Assembly: GCA_964016885.1 (NCBI GenBank)
Contig: OZ024766.1
Coordinates: forward strand, 9,486,001-9,550,000
Source: Eledone cirrhosa
Taxonomy: Eukaryota
Direction of reading: 5' to 3'
Length of the DNA: 64,000 nt
This document shows, in pieces, positions 31,701 through 47,202 of this stretch; the stretch's first letter is position 1, and the number at the start of each line of letters is the position of its first letter. The notes below the pieces were generated by a model, which saw nothing but the letters and a program-made list of their open reading frames with translations, had not been told where the DNA came from and made no database searches. The translations under genes were made by a program, and so were the position numbers.

Positions 31701-32080
31701 CCCAGTAAAGATACTATAAACATTTAGTACAAAACAACACTGACTACATCACATTATATATTAAAGTCTTTACTGTAATACTTTAAATTTTCACAACAAT
31801 CTGTCTACCAGTAAAGATACTATAAACATTTAGTACAAAACAACACTACGACTACATCACATTATATATTAAAGTCTTTACTGTAATACTGTAAATATTC
31901 ACAACAATCTGTCTACCAGTAAAGATACTATAAACATTTAGTACAAAACAACACTATGACTACATCACATTAAATATTAAAGTCTTTACTGTAATACTGT
32001 AAATGTTCACAACAATCTGTCCACCAGTAAAGATACTATAAACATTTAGTACAAAACAACACTATGACTACATCACATTA
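28748..32080. repeat. 108-bp satellite (about 31 copies)
   Basis: CATCACATTAAATATTAAAGTCTTTACTG..CACTATGACTA; period 108 (29161 to 29701 is 5 units). Confidence 0.97.
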
Positions 32081-33373
32081 ACCTTTTAGCATTTAAACCG
32101 GCCATATCTGGCCAGAATTCTTTCACCTTTTTCTGTTCAAACCAACTGTAACTAGCCACTCGTACTGATGTTAAGGTGTTGTTCTCAAAATATATAATAT
32201 CAAAATTTCATAGATTCGATATTATGTGAGGTACAGACTTTACTGTGAAAATACAATAGTATATATAGAGTAATGTAAATGTTATGTGAGATATTATGTG
32301 AGGTAAAGCCTTTACTGTGAAAATACAATAGTATATATAGAGTAATGTAAATGTTATGTGAGATATTATGTGAGGTAAAGCCTTTACTGTGAAAATACAA
32401 TAGTATATATAGAGTAATGTAAATGTTATGTGAGATATTATGTGAGGTAAAGCCTTTACTGTGAAAATACAATAGTATATATAGTGTAATGTAAATATTA
32501 TGTGAGATATTATGTGAGGTAAAGCCTTTACTGTGAAAATACAATAGTATATATAGAGTAATGTAAATGTTATGTGAGGTATTATGTGAGGTAAAGCCTT
32601 TACTGTGAAAATACAATAGTATATATAGAGTAATGTAAATGTTATGTGAGATATTATGTGAGGTAAAGCCTTTACTGTGACAATACAATAGTATATATAG
32701 AGTAATGTAAATGTTATGTGAGATATGTGAGGTAAAGCCTTTACTGTGACAATACAATAGTATATATAGAGTAATGTAAATGTTATGTGAGATATTATGT
32801 AAGGTAAAGCCTTTACTGTGACAATACAATAGTATATATAGAGTAATGTAAATGTTATGTGAGATATTATGTGAGGTAAAGCCTTTACTGTGACAATACA
32901 ATAGTATATATAGAGTAATGTAAATGTTATGTGAGATATTATGTGAGGTAAAGCCTTTACTGTGAAAATACAATAGTATATATAGAGTAATGTAAATGTT
33001 ATGTGAGATATTATGTGAGGTAAAGCCTTTACTGTGAAAATACAATAGTATATATAGTGTAATGTAAATATTATGTGAGATATGTGAGGTAAAGCCTTTA
33101 CTGTGAAAATACAATAGTATATATAGAGTAATGTAAATGTTATGTGAGATATTATGTGAGGTAAAGCCTTTACTGTGAAAATACAATAGTATATATAGAG
33201 TAATGTAAATGTTATGTGAGATATTATGTGAGGTAAAGCCTTTACTGTGAAAATACAATAGTATATATAGAGTAATGTAAATATTATGTGAGGTAAATGA
33301 GAATGATGGTTATGATGATGCTAGGTGTTGTATTTCCTAGCAAATATAACAACATCAATATAAAAAGGGTTAA
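32078..33373. mobile_element. piggyBac-like MITE carrying a 72-bp satellite (about 15 copies)
   Basis: TTAA-CCTTTTAGCATT at left and AAAAGGG-TTAA at right; 72-bp array at about 32220-33297. Confidence 0.75.
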
Positions 33374-33567
33374 CACTAGAAATAGGGGTCTCTCTGAAGG
33401 GCTCACTGACTTTGTTACTGTTGATTGTTTTTTTCAGTTTGGGTGAAGGTCAAGGGTCAAGTGATATTGGTTGGCAGTTAAGGGTCTCCTCACAAAGCCT
33501 TCCATCGTCCTACAGACACTCTGGGTTTCCAGAAGCTGACTGTTAAGGTATTATATATATATATATG

Positions 33568-33624
<57 letters not shown>

Positions 33625-33677
33625 GTATCTATGTATACATATGTATGTATGTATGTATTTATATATTTATATGTATA

Positions 33678-33739
<62 letters not shown>

Positions 33740-33773
33740 TATATATGTATATGTATATATATATATGTGTGGT

Positions 33774-33814
<41 letters not shown>

Positions 33815-33881
33815 GTATCTGTATACATATGTATGTATATATGTATTTTTATATATGTATATATATATATGTTTATATATG

Positions 33882-33953
<72 letters not shown>

Positions 33954-34210
33954 TATATATGTATATGTATATATATGTTTATATATGTATATGTATATAT
34001 ATATGTTTGAACTCATACCATAAAGGGCCGTAACTCTATGCTGCAAAGCATGGCGTCTGACGCTCTACTGATAATGATGGTTTCTTATATAGGCAGAAGG
34101 CCAGCAATTTTTTGGAGGGGGGGGGGGGGGGTAGGGGGGAAAGTCGATTAAATCAACCCCCAGTGTATTACTGCTACTTAATAATAATAATGGCATCCTT
34201 CTACTTTCAG

Positions 34211-34682
34211 CTTACAGAATGTCTGCTGGTCAGCTGAACACTCCCCGCCACCACCACAAGACCGGCACCACCACCACCACCACCACAACACCAACACCAC
34301 CGCCACCACCGACTACCACGGCGACAGCAACACGACGACCCCTTCTTCGTCTCTTCGTCCTCCGCCGCCGCCTCCTTCTTCTTCTTCTTCTTCTTCTAGT
34401 TCTTCTTCTTCTACTTCTTCTTCTTCACAGAAAAAGACCTCGTCGAGGTCGGGGTCGGGGTCGGGGTCAAGGTCAAGACCTGGGTCTGGGTCTGAGGTGA
34501 CCGGCGGCGGCGGCGGTGGTGGTGGTGGTGCCGGCGGCAACAAGCTGTTTCCGAAGAGCCTCAGCTTCGACAGCGGGGACTGCTCTCCGGTGTTGGTCAT
34601 CCGATCTCGGACAAAACAGGTGAAAAAATCCGCTCTGGACATATCGGCCGAACAAAGCAGCAATGAACTATTCCAGCTTTGA
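34211..34682 (+). CDS. LysM-domain protein (LYSMD1/2-like), last coding exon
   Basis: Acceptor TTTCAG at 34210. The phase-2 frame stays open through His/Thr/Pro/Ser/Gly runs to ...SSNELFQL-TGA, resembling the LYSMD1-type C-terminal (D/E)E(I/L)FxL. Spliced CDS 147+383+472 = 1002 nt, 333 aa. Confidence 0.85.
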
Positions 34683-35786
34683 CCACAAGGACACACAACA
34701 CCCCCACCGCCCTCCTCTATCTCTCTCTCTATCTATTTATCTATCTATCTATCTATCTGTCTGTCTATCTTCTCTATAAAGCCTGTCCACCCGCAGGGTC
34801 CTTTTTTTTTTATTTTATTTTTTTTTTCTCTCCTCCCTATCTTCTTCCTCTGACCACCACCGCCGCCGCCGCCGCCACCACTTCTTCCTCTGACCCCCTA
34901 CACTGTCTCCTCTTGTCTCCCCCCCCCCCCCCCCTCCCCATCTCTCTCGGCACATCCGCAGATTTCCCCCCCCCCCCCCCCTTTTTTTTTCCTTTCCTCC
35001 TAATTCCCGTCCTTCACCACCACCGCCACTTCTATCCACCCCCACCCCCTCCTTCACCACCACCACCACCACCACTTCTATCTAACCCCCCAACCCCTCC
35101 TTTACCACCACCACCACTTCTATCCACCCCCACTCCCTCCTTCACCACCACCACCACCACCACTTCTATCCACCCCAACCCTCCTCCAATACCACCATCA
35201 GCACCACTTCTTACCCCCCTGCCCCCCAAGCTCCTCGTCTTCGCTCCCTCCCCCCATCTGACTCAGACCCTGCCCGACTCCTGCCCCAGAAAATCCTTTC
35301 CCTTATCCCGCCCACCATCACACAACCCCCCCCCCAGACCCGATCCCCTAAACTTCTCGTCCCTCTGGCTCCAAACAAGCCCCCTCCTCATATGCACCCC
35401 CACATTCCCCTCTAATCCCCCTCACCCCTGTTTCCCAACCACCACCACCACCACTTACCCCTTATCTTCTCATCCATCTACCCCTATCTGATCCCCAAAC
35501 TCCAGAAAACCTCTCTCCTTCTGTCACCCACCACCGCCACCGTCACACCATCACCATAACCCCTAAAATTCTCGTCCCCTTTCCTCCCTCCAACTCAGGC
35601 CCCGTCTGGCTCCAATGATGCCCAACTTAAAATGTCCTTGACACCCAACATTCCACGCAGGGGATAGGGTGGGAAGTAGATTTAATTAAATTTATTACCT
35701 AATTAACACTTATTAAATATATTTAGATATATATACATATATATATATATACAAACAAACATATATATATATATGTACATATATAT

Positions 35787-35821
<35 letters not shown>

Positions 35822-35825
35822 CATG

Positions 35826-35879
<54 letters not shown>

Positions 35880-35994
35880 TATGTACATATATATGTACAT
35901 GCATGCATATACTTATTAAATATATTTAGATATGTGTACTTATATATATATATATATACAGAGACAAACATATATATATATATGTACATATATG

Positions 35995-36026
<32 letters not shown>

Positions 36027-36229
36027 CATGGGTATGTATATATATATATATATATATGTACATACATGTATACATTATTACATATATATGTACATACATG
36101 CATACACTTATTAAATATATTTAGATATGTGTACTTATATATACATATATATATACAAACAAACATATATATATGTACATATCATATATGTATATATACA
36201 CACATATATATATATATATATGTATATAT

Positions 36230-36288
<59 letters not shown>

Positions 36289-36608
36289 GGTATATATATA
36301 TGTACACATGTGTATACATATATGTATGTGTGTGTATGTATATATGTGTGTATGTATATATGTGTGTATATGTATATATGTACATACATGTATACATATA
36401 AGTATGTGTGTGTCTATATATATATATGTGTGTGTGTAAATATATGTATATATATATGTGTATATATGTATGTATATATATATATAAATATATATATATG
36501 TGTATATATATTTAATAAGTGTATGCATATATGTACATATATATGTAATAATGTATACATGTTTGTACATATATATATACCCATGTATATATATATATAT
36601 ACATATAT

Positions 36609-36669
<61 letters not shown>

Positions 36670-36814
36670 TATATATATATATATGCAAAAGTTCTATTTA
36701 AATTGTTGGGATACAACAAGCAAATATTATTATAACTGATATAAAGCACTCAACAAATATTTGGAGTATATATACGATATTAATAAATGGAAACTATATT
36801 TATAAAACCATATT

Positions 36815-36879
36815 TATTTCATTATACATATTTCAAGGATACCAAGTTAAATCATGGTATGCCTTCATCAGACAAAATA
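36815..36879 (-). ncRNA. Hammerhead ribozyme motif (family A, diverged)
   Basis: Reverse complement reads TATTTTGT-CTGATGA-AGGcATACCA..TGGTATcCTT-GAA-ATATGTAT-A-ATGAAATA. Stem II has a different sequence but still pairs. Confidence 0.65.
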
Positions 36880-37400
36880 CAATATATAAACAGTTTTACA
36901 AATAGATATTGACATACACTTTCAAAAAGGTGACCGTTGTTTTTGGAGGCCATCCGGATAGTGGTTTGTTTACTTTAGTAAGTAGTAAGTAAAAAGATGG
37001 AGAGAGAGAGAGAGATAGAGAAACGTGGAGAAAAGAAAGGGAAAGATAGATAAAGAAAAAGAAGAAAGCAAAAAGAAATAGTTTCCATTTATTAATATTG
37101 TATATCTACTCCAAATATTTGTCGAGTGCTTTATATCAGTTATAATAATTGTTTCTACTTTAGGCGCAAGACCCCGTAAGGATGAAAGGCCAAAGTCAAC
37201 CTCGGCGGGATTTGAACTCAGATCGTAAAGGGACGTAACTATGCTGGAAAGCATGGCGTCCGACCCTCTACCGATACTGCCAATCCACCGCCACACATCA
37301 GTTATAATAATATTTGCTTGTTGTATCCCAACAATTTAAATAGAACTTTTGCATATACTCTGCTCATGTATTGTTGAGCGCTTTACATTATAACTGAAAA

Positions 37401-37635
37401 ATGGAATTCTTTAAGATCTCTTCTTCTCTAAAAGACATACCTCTACCTAGGAATAAAGATTTTATTAAACAATTAATAGAAAAATCAGACTCCTTTATAA
37501 GAAGAATCAGGTGGCGTGCTTTCCACTTAGATAAATCTAATCTAAATGAAAATGTTTCAAATCTGGATAAAATTTTCAAATCTAAAAAAAATCCACCCCC
37601 CAACAAACTACTAATGGATTTTGAAAATGATATAT
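37401..37635 (+). mobile_element. Penelope-like element ORF N-terminus remnant
   Basis: [59 protein letters not shown] resembles the SxKxIP / R(M/I)RWxA / FKS..PP / FExD N-terminus of YRDD-type PLEs. Preceded by an inverted repeat containing a hammerhead. Confidence 0.7.
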
Positions 37636-37847
37636 CTATCAACCAAAGCATCAAATTCATATATATATATATATATATATGTATATATGTGTGTATATAT
37701 ATGTGTGTATATATGTGTGTGTGTGTATATATATACATATATAGACATATATACACACATATATACACACATATATATATATATACACACACATATATGT
37801 ATACATATATATATATGTATATATGTATATATGTGTGTATATATATA

Positions 37848-37879
<32 letters not shown>

Positions 37880-37894
37880 CACATATATATACAC

Positions 37895-37929
<35 letters not shown>

Positions 37930-37952
37930 TATATATAGACACACATATATGT

Positions 37953-38021
<69 letters not shown>

Positions 38022-38589
38022 TACACACATATATATACACACACATATATATATATATATACACACATATATATATAGACACACATATATGTATACATAT
38101 ATATATATATGTGTGTGTATGATATTCCACACCCACCCATCGACCTCTCTACTCCAAAACCCCTTCTTCAGAAATTTTTGTGTTTAGAAATAAATTTATT
38201 TGCTGCGAGACGAAAGATAGGGGTTCATTAATTAAGATAATTGGTAACTAACGAGTGTTACAATAAGATATATATATATTTTTTTAAATTTGCATGTTTT
38301 TCTTGGGTGTGGTGGGGTTGTGTTTTAGTTGTTGTTTTTTTTCACCCTACCTACCCCCGTCCCTCACTCCAGAATTTAGATTTATTTTTATTTTCCCTCT
38401 GGCTTGTCAGCTGGGCGATAGGGGCTTTTTGAATTCTTTATTTAACTATTAACCAGTCTTTATATATATATATGGAGGCATATGGCTTAGTGGTTAGAGC
38501 ATTGGCCTTGCAATCGAAAGGTTGTGAGTTCAGAGTCCAGAATTAGCCGTCGAAACTGCTTGAGCTCAGCTGTCGGGGTCCTACTCGTT

Positions 38590-41103
<2,514 letters not shown>

Positions 41104-41320
41104 TTTGAATAATTTTAAAAGCCATACAATGCATTAGAAAATTAAAAAGGTGCTAAGATAGCGATAGAATTTTACATGACCAAATTTAATTATCCCAAAT
41201 ATTTTGGGGTTTAAAAACCCATTATCTAAGGAACATTCCTGTAAAGGTCTTAAAGGATCAGTCAGAGATGAATTGTTGTTAGGGAGGCAGAGTTAAGTCA
41301 AGTCAAGACTGGTCCTTTAT

Positions 41321-42212
41321 CCCTTTAGCATTCACATTACTATATATTTACTATTGTATTTTGGTAGTAAACACTTTATCTTACATAATTATCTCATATA
41401 ATATCGAATCTATGAGATTTTGATGGTATCTATCTTGAGAACAATACCTTAACATCAGTATGAGTGGCCAGTTGCAACTGGTTTTAAACAGAAAGAGGTG
41501 AGAGATTTCGTGAGCCATGGAGGCACATGGCTTAGTGGTTAGAGCATTGGCCTTGCAATCGAAAGGTTGTGAGTTCAATTCTCAGACCGGGTGATGTGTT
41601 GTTTCCTTGAGCAAGACACTTTATTTCACATTGCTCCAGTTTACTCAGCTGTAGAAATGAGATGATAGGGACTGGGGTCCCTATCATTCCACTGCAAAGT
41701 GGTCATGGAGGCGCCACGGCAAGAAAGCACCCAGCACTCACTGTAAATGAGGTTAGTGTTAGGAAGGGCATCCAGCTGTAGAAATGAGATGAAAGGGACT
41801 GGGGTCCCTATCATTCCACTGTAAAGTGGTCATGTAGGTGCCACGGCAAGAAAGCACCCAGCACTCACTGTAAAGTGGTCGTGGAGGTGCCACGGCAAGA
41901 AAGCACCCAGCACTCACTGTAAAGTGGTCATGTAGGTGCCACGGCAAGAAAGCACCCAGCACTCACTGTAAAGTGGTCATGTAGGTGCCACAGCAAGAAA
42001 GCACCCACCACTCACTGTAAAGTGGTCGTGGAGGTGCCACGGCAAGAAAGCACCCAGCACTCACTGTAAATGAGGTTGGTGTTAGGAAGGGCATCCAGCT
42101 GTAGAAATCAAGCCAGAATCAGTTCCCGTCCCACCCTTGCAAGCAGGGAAAAGCGGACGTAAAATGAAATGAAATGATGATGATACAACTGGTTTGAATG
42201 CTAAAGGGTTAA
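41321..42212. mobile_element. piggyBac-like MITE, single-unit version, split by a SINE
   Basis: CCCTTTAGCATTCA ... TGAATGCTAAAGGG-TTAA; body colinear with 59282-60721 but with a single 72-bp-like unit. Confidence 0.8.
41519..42184 (+). mobile_element. CORE-type SINE with internal repeat expansion, nested in a MITE
   Basis: Full head, core, several internal repeats of about 49 bp, RTE-1 tail. Confidence 0.88.
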
Positions 42213-42793
42213 GACATTCATAGGAATACTCCCTAGATAATGGGCTTTTAATCCCCGAAAATATTTGGGATGATTAAATTTGCTACGGTAAGATTCTAAT
42301 TCTATCGCTATCTTAGCACCTTTAATTTTCTAATGCATTGTATGGCTTTTAAAATTATTTAAATTTATATATATTTATGTATATATATATATATATATAT
42401 ATTTATGTATGTATATATATATATATATATATATGTGTGTATGTGTGTGTAAATATATAAAGTATCAGTAATTCACTGACGTTGATTGAATTGATTTTTC
42501 CTCCTTTTCACAAATTGCTGGCTTTGTGCCTAAATCAGAAACCATTATTATTATTATTATTATTATTGATTAAAAGACAAAGACTTTTTAATTATTGTGT
42601 GTTAATAAAGGAATAAAAAATATATTTGAAAAAAAAACAAAAAAAAAACAACAAACGAAGAGACAGAGCTGGTTGCTCCAGCATGGACACAAGCCTTTGT
42701 TGCCTGGTTCAGGTACGAGTTTTGAAAAAAAGCTATATAAATATGTGTGTATGTATATATATATATATGTGTATGTGTGTATATGTGTGTGTG

Positions 42794-42830
<37 letters not shown>

Positions 42831-42853
42831 ATATATATATATATATATGTGTG

Positions 42854-42897
<44 letters not shown>

Positions 42898-42938
42898 TTC
42901 AAAATATTAATAAATATAGACATTCATGTAATCAAATA

Positions 42939-43004
42939 TATTTTATTATATATATTTCGGAGGTACTGTGCTGTTTCCTCAGTACGTCCTCATCAGATAA
43001 AATA
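42939..43004 (-). ncRNA. Minimal type I hammerhead ribozyme (family A)
   Basis: Reverse complement reads TATTTTAT-CTGATGA-GGAcGTACTG..CAGTACcTCC-GAA-ATATATAT-A-ATAAAATA. Intact core, 8-bp stem I. Confidence 0.85.
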
Positions 43005-43169
43005 TATAATTTGATGTATGACATACCTCAACTGTGCTGATGGTTCAATTCCAGTCTTGGCAGTGATTAATTATAACAAAACTCAATATTTATATACCAT
43101 AAGTACTAACATGACAAACTACATATAATGGAGGGGGTGAGTAGGAAAAAATGTAGAAAAAAATAAATA

Positions 43170-44130
43170 AATATCAATAATGATGCGTTTGAAATAATCA
43201 CTAATCTCGAAATTGAAAGGAAGACCGAACCTTTAATACCAAAGCAACCACGGATAAATTTTAAAGACCATAAAGGAAATTTCGAAGAGGACTTGCCTGT
43301 TAGACTTATTGCACCTTCTAAGTCGGACATTGGAATAATTAGTAAAAACATGATAGAATTTTGCCAACATTAAAATGGAGGTCAAAGCTTAACTTATGGA
43401 AAGACACTAGTGAAGTCATAGATTGGTTTAAGAACATTGAAAATAAGAAAAATCATAAATTTATTCAAATGGACATAGCAAGTTACTACTCCTCAATAAC
43501 TCCTAACCTTTTGAATAAGGCACTATCATACGCATAGAAACACACTGATCTATCTAGTGAGGAGATTGATATTATTTTAACGGCTAGGCGAACCTTGATT
43601 AACTTTAATAATGATTTTTGGACTCGTTCGGATAGGCAGAAGAATTTCAACATTACCATGGGATCGTCTGACTCTGCGCAGGTTACTGATCTTCTGGGAA
43701 TTTTTATCCTTAATATGATAAATAGAAAATTGCCGGAGATTACCGGTGGCTTATATAGAGATGATATATTATTTACTTCACATTGCTCCAGTTTACTCAG
43801 CTGTAGAAATGAGATGATAGGGACTGGGGTCCCTATCATTCCACTGCAAAGTGGTCGTGGAGGTGCCACGGCAAAAAAGCACCCAGCACTCACTGTAAAT
43901 GAGGTTGGTGTTAGGAAGGGCATCCAGCTGTAGAAATCAAGCCAGAATCAGTTCCCGTCCCACCCTTGCAAGCAGGGAAAAGTGGACGTAAAATGAAATG
44001 ATGAAAATGATGTAGTTAAACATAGCAATAATGAATTAAATAGAGTAAAGAAAATAATTATAGAATTCTTTAAAAATTACGACCTGAAATTAGAAGTAGA
44101 AAGTAACAGTAAAATTAGTTATAACTACAT
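43170..44130 (+). mobile_element. Penelope-like retroelement reverse transcriptase remnant (YRDD type), interrupted by a SINE
   Basis: Broken frames give FKDHKGNFEEDLPVRLIAPSKSDIGIISK, WKDTSEVIDWFKNIENKKNHKFIQMDIASYYSSI and FNITMGSSDSAQVTDLLGIFIL..GGLYRDDIL. After the SINE (43775-44010) it resumes NELNRVKKIIIEFFKNYDLKLEVE. Has stops and frameshifts. Confidence 0.8.
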
Positions 44131-44441
44131 AGGTGCAACTTCATTGAACTTTAAACTGAGATTTTCCAATCAAACATTCTTTTTCTAATCCGGATAAAAT
44201 ATTTTCTACTTCTTTATCACAATTAATATGGTCTTTAAAAGAGAAAAATATAAAATACTCAATCTCTTGGAGTAAACTTCGAAACTGAAGTATATCGGAA
44301 TAATTCCATCTCACCTCACTGCAATCTTTGCTATATTGAGACTCTATTAATAATTGCTAATTATGGTAATTTAATTAATAAAAAAAAGTGAGTTATTCTC
44401 AACCATCAGCATAGTTGAGCTATGTCATACATCAATTTAGA

Positions 44442-44507
44442 TATTTTATCTGATGAGGACGTACTGAGGAAACAGCACAGTACCTCTGAAATATATATAA
44501 TAAAATA
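44442..44507 (+). ncRNA. Minimal type I hammerhead ribozyme (family A)
   Basis: TATTTTAT-CTGATGA-GGAcGTACTG..CAGTACcTCT-GAA-ATATATAT-A-ATAAAATA; inverted partner of 42939-43004. Confidence 0.8.
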
Positions 44508-46170
44508 TATTTGATTACATGAATGTCTATATTTATTAATATTTTGAATTAATATTAATAACTCCAGAAAACTTAACTGTTGAGTGCTTCTAATCTATTG
44601 TAAAACTATATTCATTGATTATCAATGAACCTTGTTTAACTTTTGGTCATATATATATATATATATATATAATTTAATTATGTAATAAATATAATGTATA
44701 TATATGTCTATATGTGTGTATATACATACATATATATATATTGGGTCGTCAAATATGAAATTTGTAGAAAAATAACTAATTTCTACAAATTTCATACTTG
44801 AGGGCCCAATATATATGTATATACATATGTGTATGTATATATACATATGTGTATGTATACGCAATAAACATAAAAATCGGCTTGTGTATCCCCCCCCCCC
44901 TCTCTCCATGCAACTGTCCTCCCTCATTGGAACAAATAAAGCGCTGTGAGAAACACCAAGCCATATTTCCTTACCCTGCTGCCACGCCACTCCCAGCCCT
45001 CTCGGGGGCCCAGTGTGGCACTGTTGCTCCCGACCCCCGTCGCTCTACCGACCCATGACAAACACAGAGACACAAAGAACAGGAAGAATCAGGAAGAGAG
45101 AATATATATATATATATTGAAAAATAAAGGCAATAATATCACCGGGGATACCCATGGGCCCGCAGATTGACCCCTCCCCAGGACCCCCAGCGTCCCTCCC
45201 TCCTGCCCCCAGGACTCCAGCATCCCTTCAGGACTCCAGTGTCCCTTCCCCGGCTCCCAGGACCCTAGCTTCTCTTCTCTTCCCTCAGGCCCTCAGCTTC
45301 CCTCCCTTAGACCCCAGTTTCCTTCCCCTTCCCCAAGGGCCTTCAGCGTCCTGGCTCCCAGGACCCCAGCTCTGCATCCTTAGGTCCTCAGGCCCTTCAA
45401 ATTATTTCCCAGGTTTCCTCCCCTCTGCCAAGCGCTTCTGGTCCCCAGCCCCACGCCCCTAGGGCCTCAGTTCCTCCAGGTTTCCTACCCGTCTCCCAGG
45501 CGCTTCAACTCCCCTCTCCACCCCCAGGACCTCGCAGCTTCCATCCCCTAAGGTCCTCAACTTATGCCCCACCCCCCACCCCCAGATCCACAGTATTCCT
45601 CTCCTCACCGACGACCCTAGCTTCTCTGCTGGAGAGGCCGGGCCTCAACTTACTTCCCCTCTGCCCCTGGGGTCACCCACCTGCCCCTCCCCTTGGGGTC
45701 ACCCACCTTCCCCTCCGCCCTTGGGATCACCCCCTTCCCCTCCGCCCCGGGTCACCCACCTGCCCCTCCCCTTGGGGTCACCCTCCGCCCCGGGTCACTC
45801 ACCTGCCCATCCCTCCTCCAGGACTCAACCCTAACCCCCCCCCACTCCCACCCCAGCCCTCCAGATGTATAATCGTTATGGTGATTATGATTGTAATGCT
45901 GATGATTATTCATGACAATGACTATTATAATTATTATTATTATTATTGATGCTGTTGTTGTTGTTATTTGCTTTGGCTTTGTTGTTTTTATTTGTTTATA
46001 TATATATATGTGTGTGTGTGTGTATATATATATGTGTATATTTATATATGTGTATATATATATATAAATGTGTATATTTATATGTGTATATATATATATA
46101 TATATATGTGTCTGTGTATATATGTGTATATATATGTGTGTGTATATATATATGTATGTGTGTGTACATT

Positions 46171-46861
46171 TAGGATGAAAAACTCAGAGCTGTATGGGAG
46201 CCTCTCAAAAGTGACACAGAGGAGACTGAGGTTAGCTGGACATGTTCACCAACATCCAGAGTTGACACTGCACTCAGTGCTCCTGTGGGAGCCCCTACAT
46301 GGACATGCTAGGTTAGCTGGACATGCTCACCGACATCCAGAGCTGACACTGCACTCAGTGCTCCTGTGGGAGCCCCTGCATGGACACACTGGGTTAGCTG
46401 GACATGCTCACCAACATCCAGAGTTGACACTGCACTCAGTGCTCCTGTGGGAGCCCCTGCATGGACACACTAGGTTAGCTGGACATGCTCACCGACATCC
46501 AGAGTCGACACTGCACTCAGTGCTCCTGTGGGAGCCCCTACATGGACAAACTAGGTTAGCTGGACATGCTCACCGACATCCAGAGTTGACACTGCACTCA
46601 GTGCTCCTGTGGGAGCCCCTGCATGGACACACTAGGTTAGCTGGACATGCTCACCGACATCCAGAGTCGACACTGCACCCAGTGCTCCTGTGGGAGCCCC
46701 TACATGGACACACTGGAAGAGGAAGACCAAGGTTAACGTATGTTGATGCCCTAAGGACAGACACTGGTCTGTTGGAGACGCAGGACATGGCAGCGATAAT
46801 GAGGGACAGAGACCGCTGGAGAGAACTCGTCCATGGATCTCGGGAATTTTACCCGCCCTAG
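46171..46861 (+). mobile_element. LINE 3' fragment (RTE-like, family 3) with six in-frame 81-bp tandem copies
   Basis: [18 protein letters not shown] followed by (RLAGHAHRHPELTLHSVLLWEPLHGHT)x6 then GRGRPR...EFYPP-stop. Confidence 0.85.
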
Positions 46862-47202
46862 AATATATCAAGCAATGAATTCCTTATATATATATATATA
46901 TATATTTAATATAGAAATGGCTTCTACAGGACTAGAACTATTTCATTCGGGAGAAATCATCAGGAGCCAAGTGAAATAAAGTGTCTTGCTCAAGGACATA
47001 ATGCATCACATGGTCCAAGAATCGAACTCACAATCTCACGATTGCAAATCCAATTCTCTAACCACTGAGCCACACGCGTTCACTGTGCATGTGTCATATG
47101 ACAAGAAGGATTTATATATGTAGACACACATAGATTTATAGTAATATCTTAAAGGAAATAAAGTCAGAACAACATCAAAAAGCGATATATATACATATAT
47201 AT

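Noticed and set aside
32200-33258. 352-aa and 418-aa (59319-60575) repeat ORFs
   Set aside because: 72-bp satellite, a multiple of 3 with one stop-free frame; non-ATG starts, inside MITEs.
34219-34500. 93-aa ORF / alternative acceptor at 34217 for the last LysM exon
   Set aside because: That frame stops early and misses the ELFQL terminus; acceptor 34210 gives the coherent frame.
42600-42650. AATAAA pair as the LysM polyadenylation site
   Set aside because: Plausible but 8 kb from the stop in AT-rich DNA; cannot be supported without transcripts.
44870-45865. GC/C-rich island as a gene or promoter
   Set aside because: Low-complexity short repeats (CCCAGG, GGGTCACCC); no recognisable protein or convincing splice pair.
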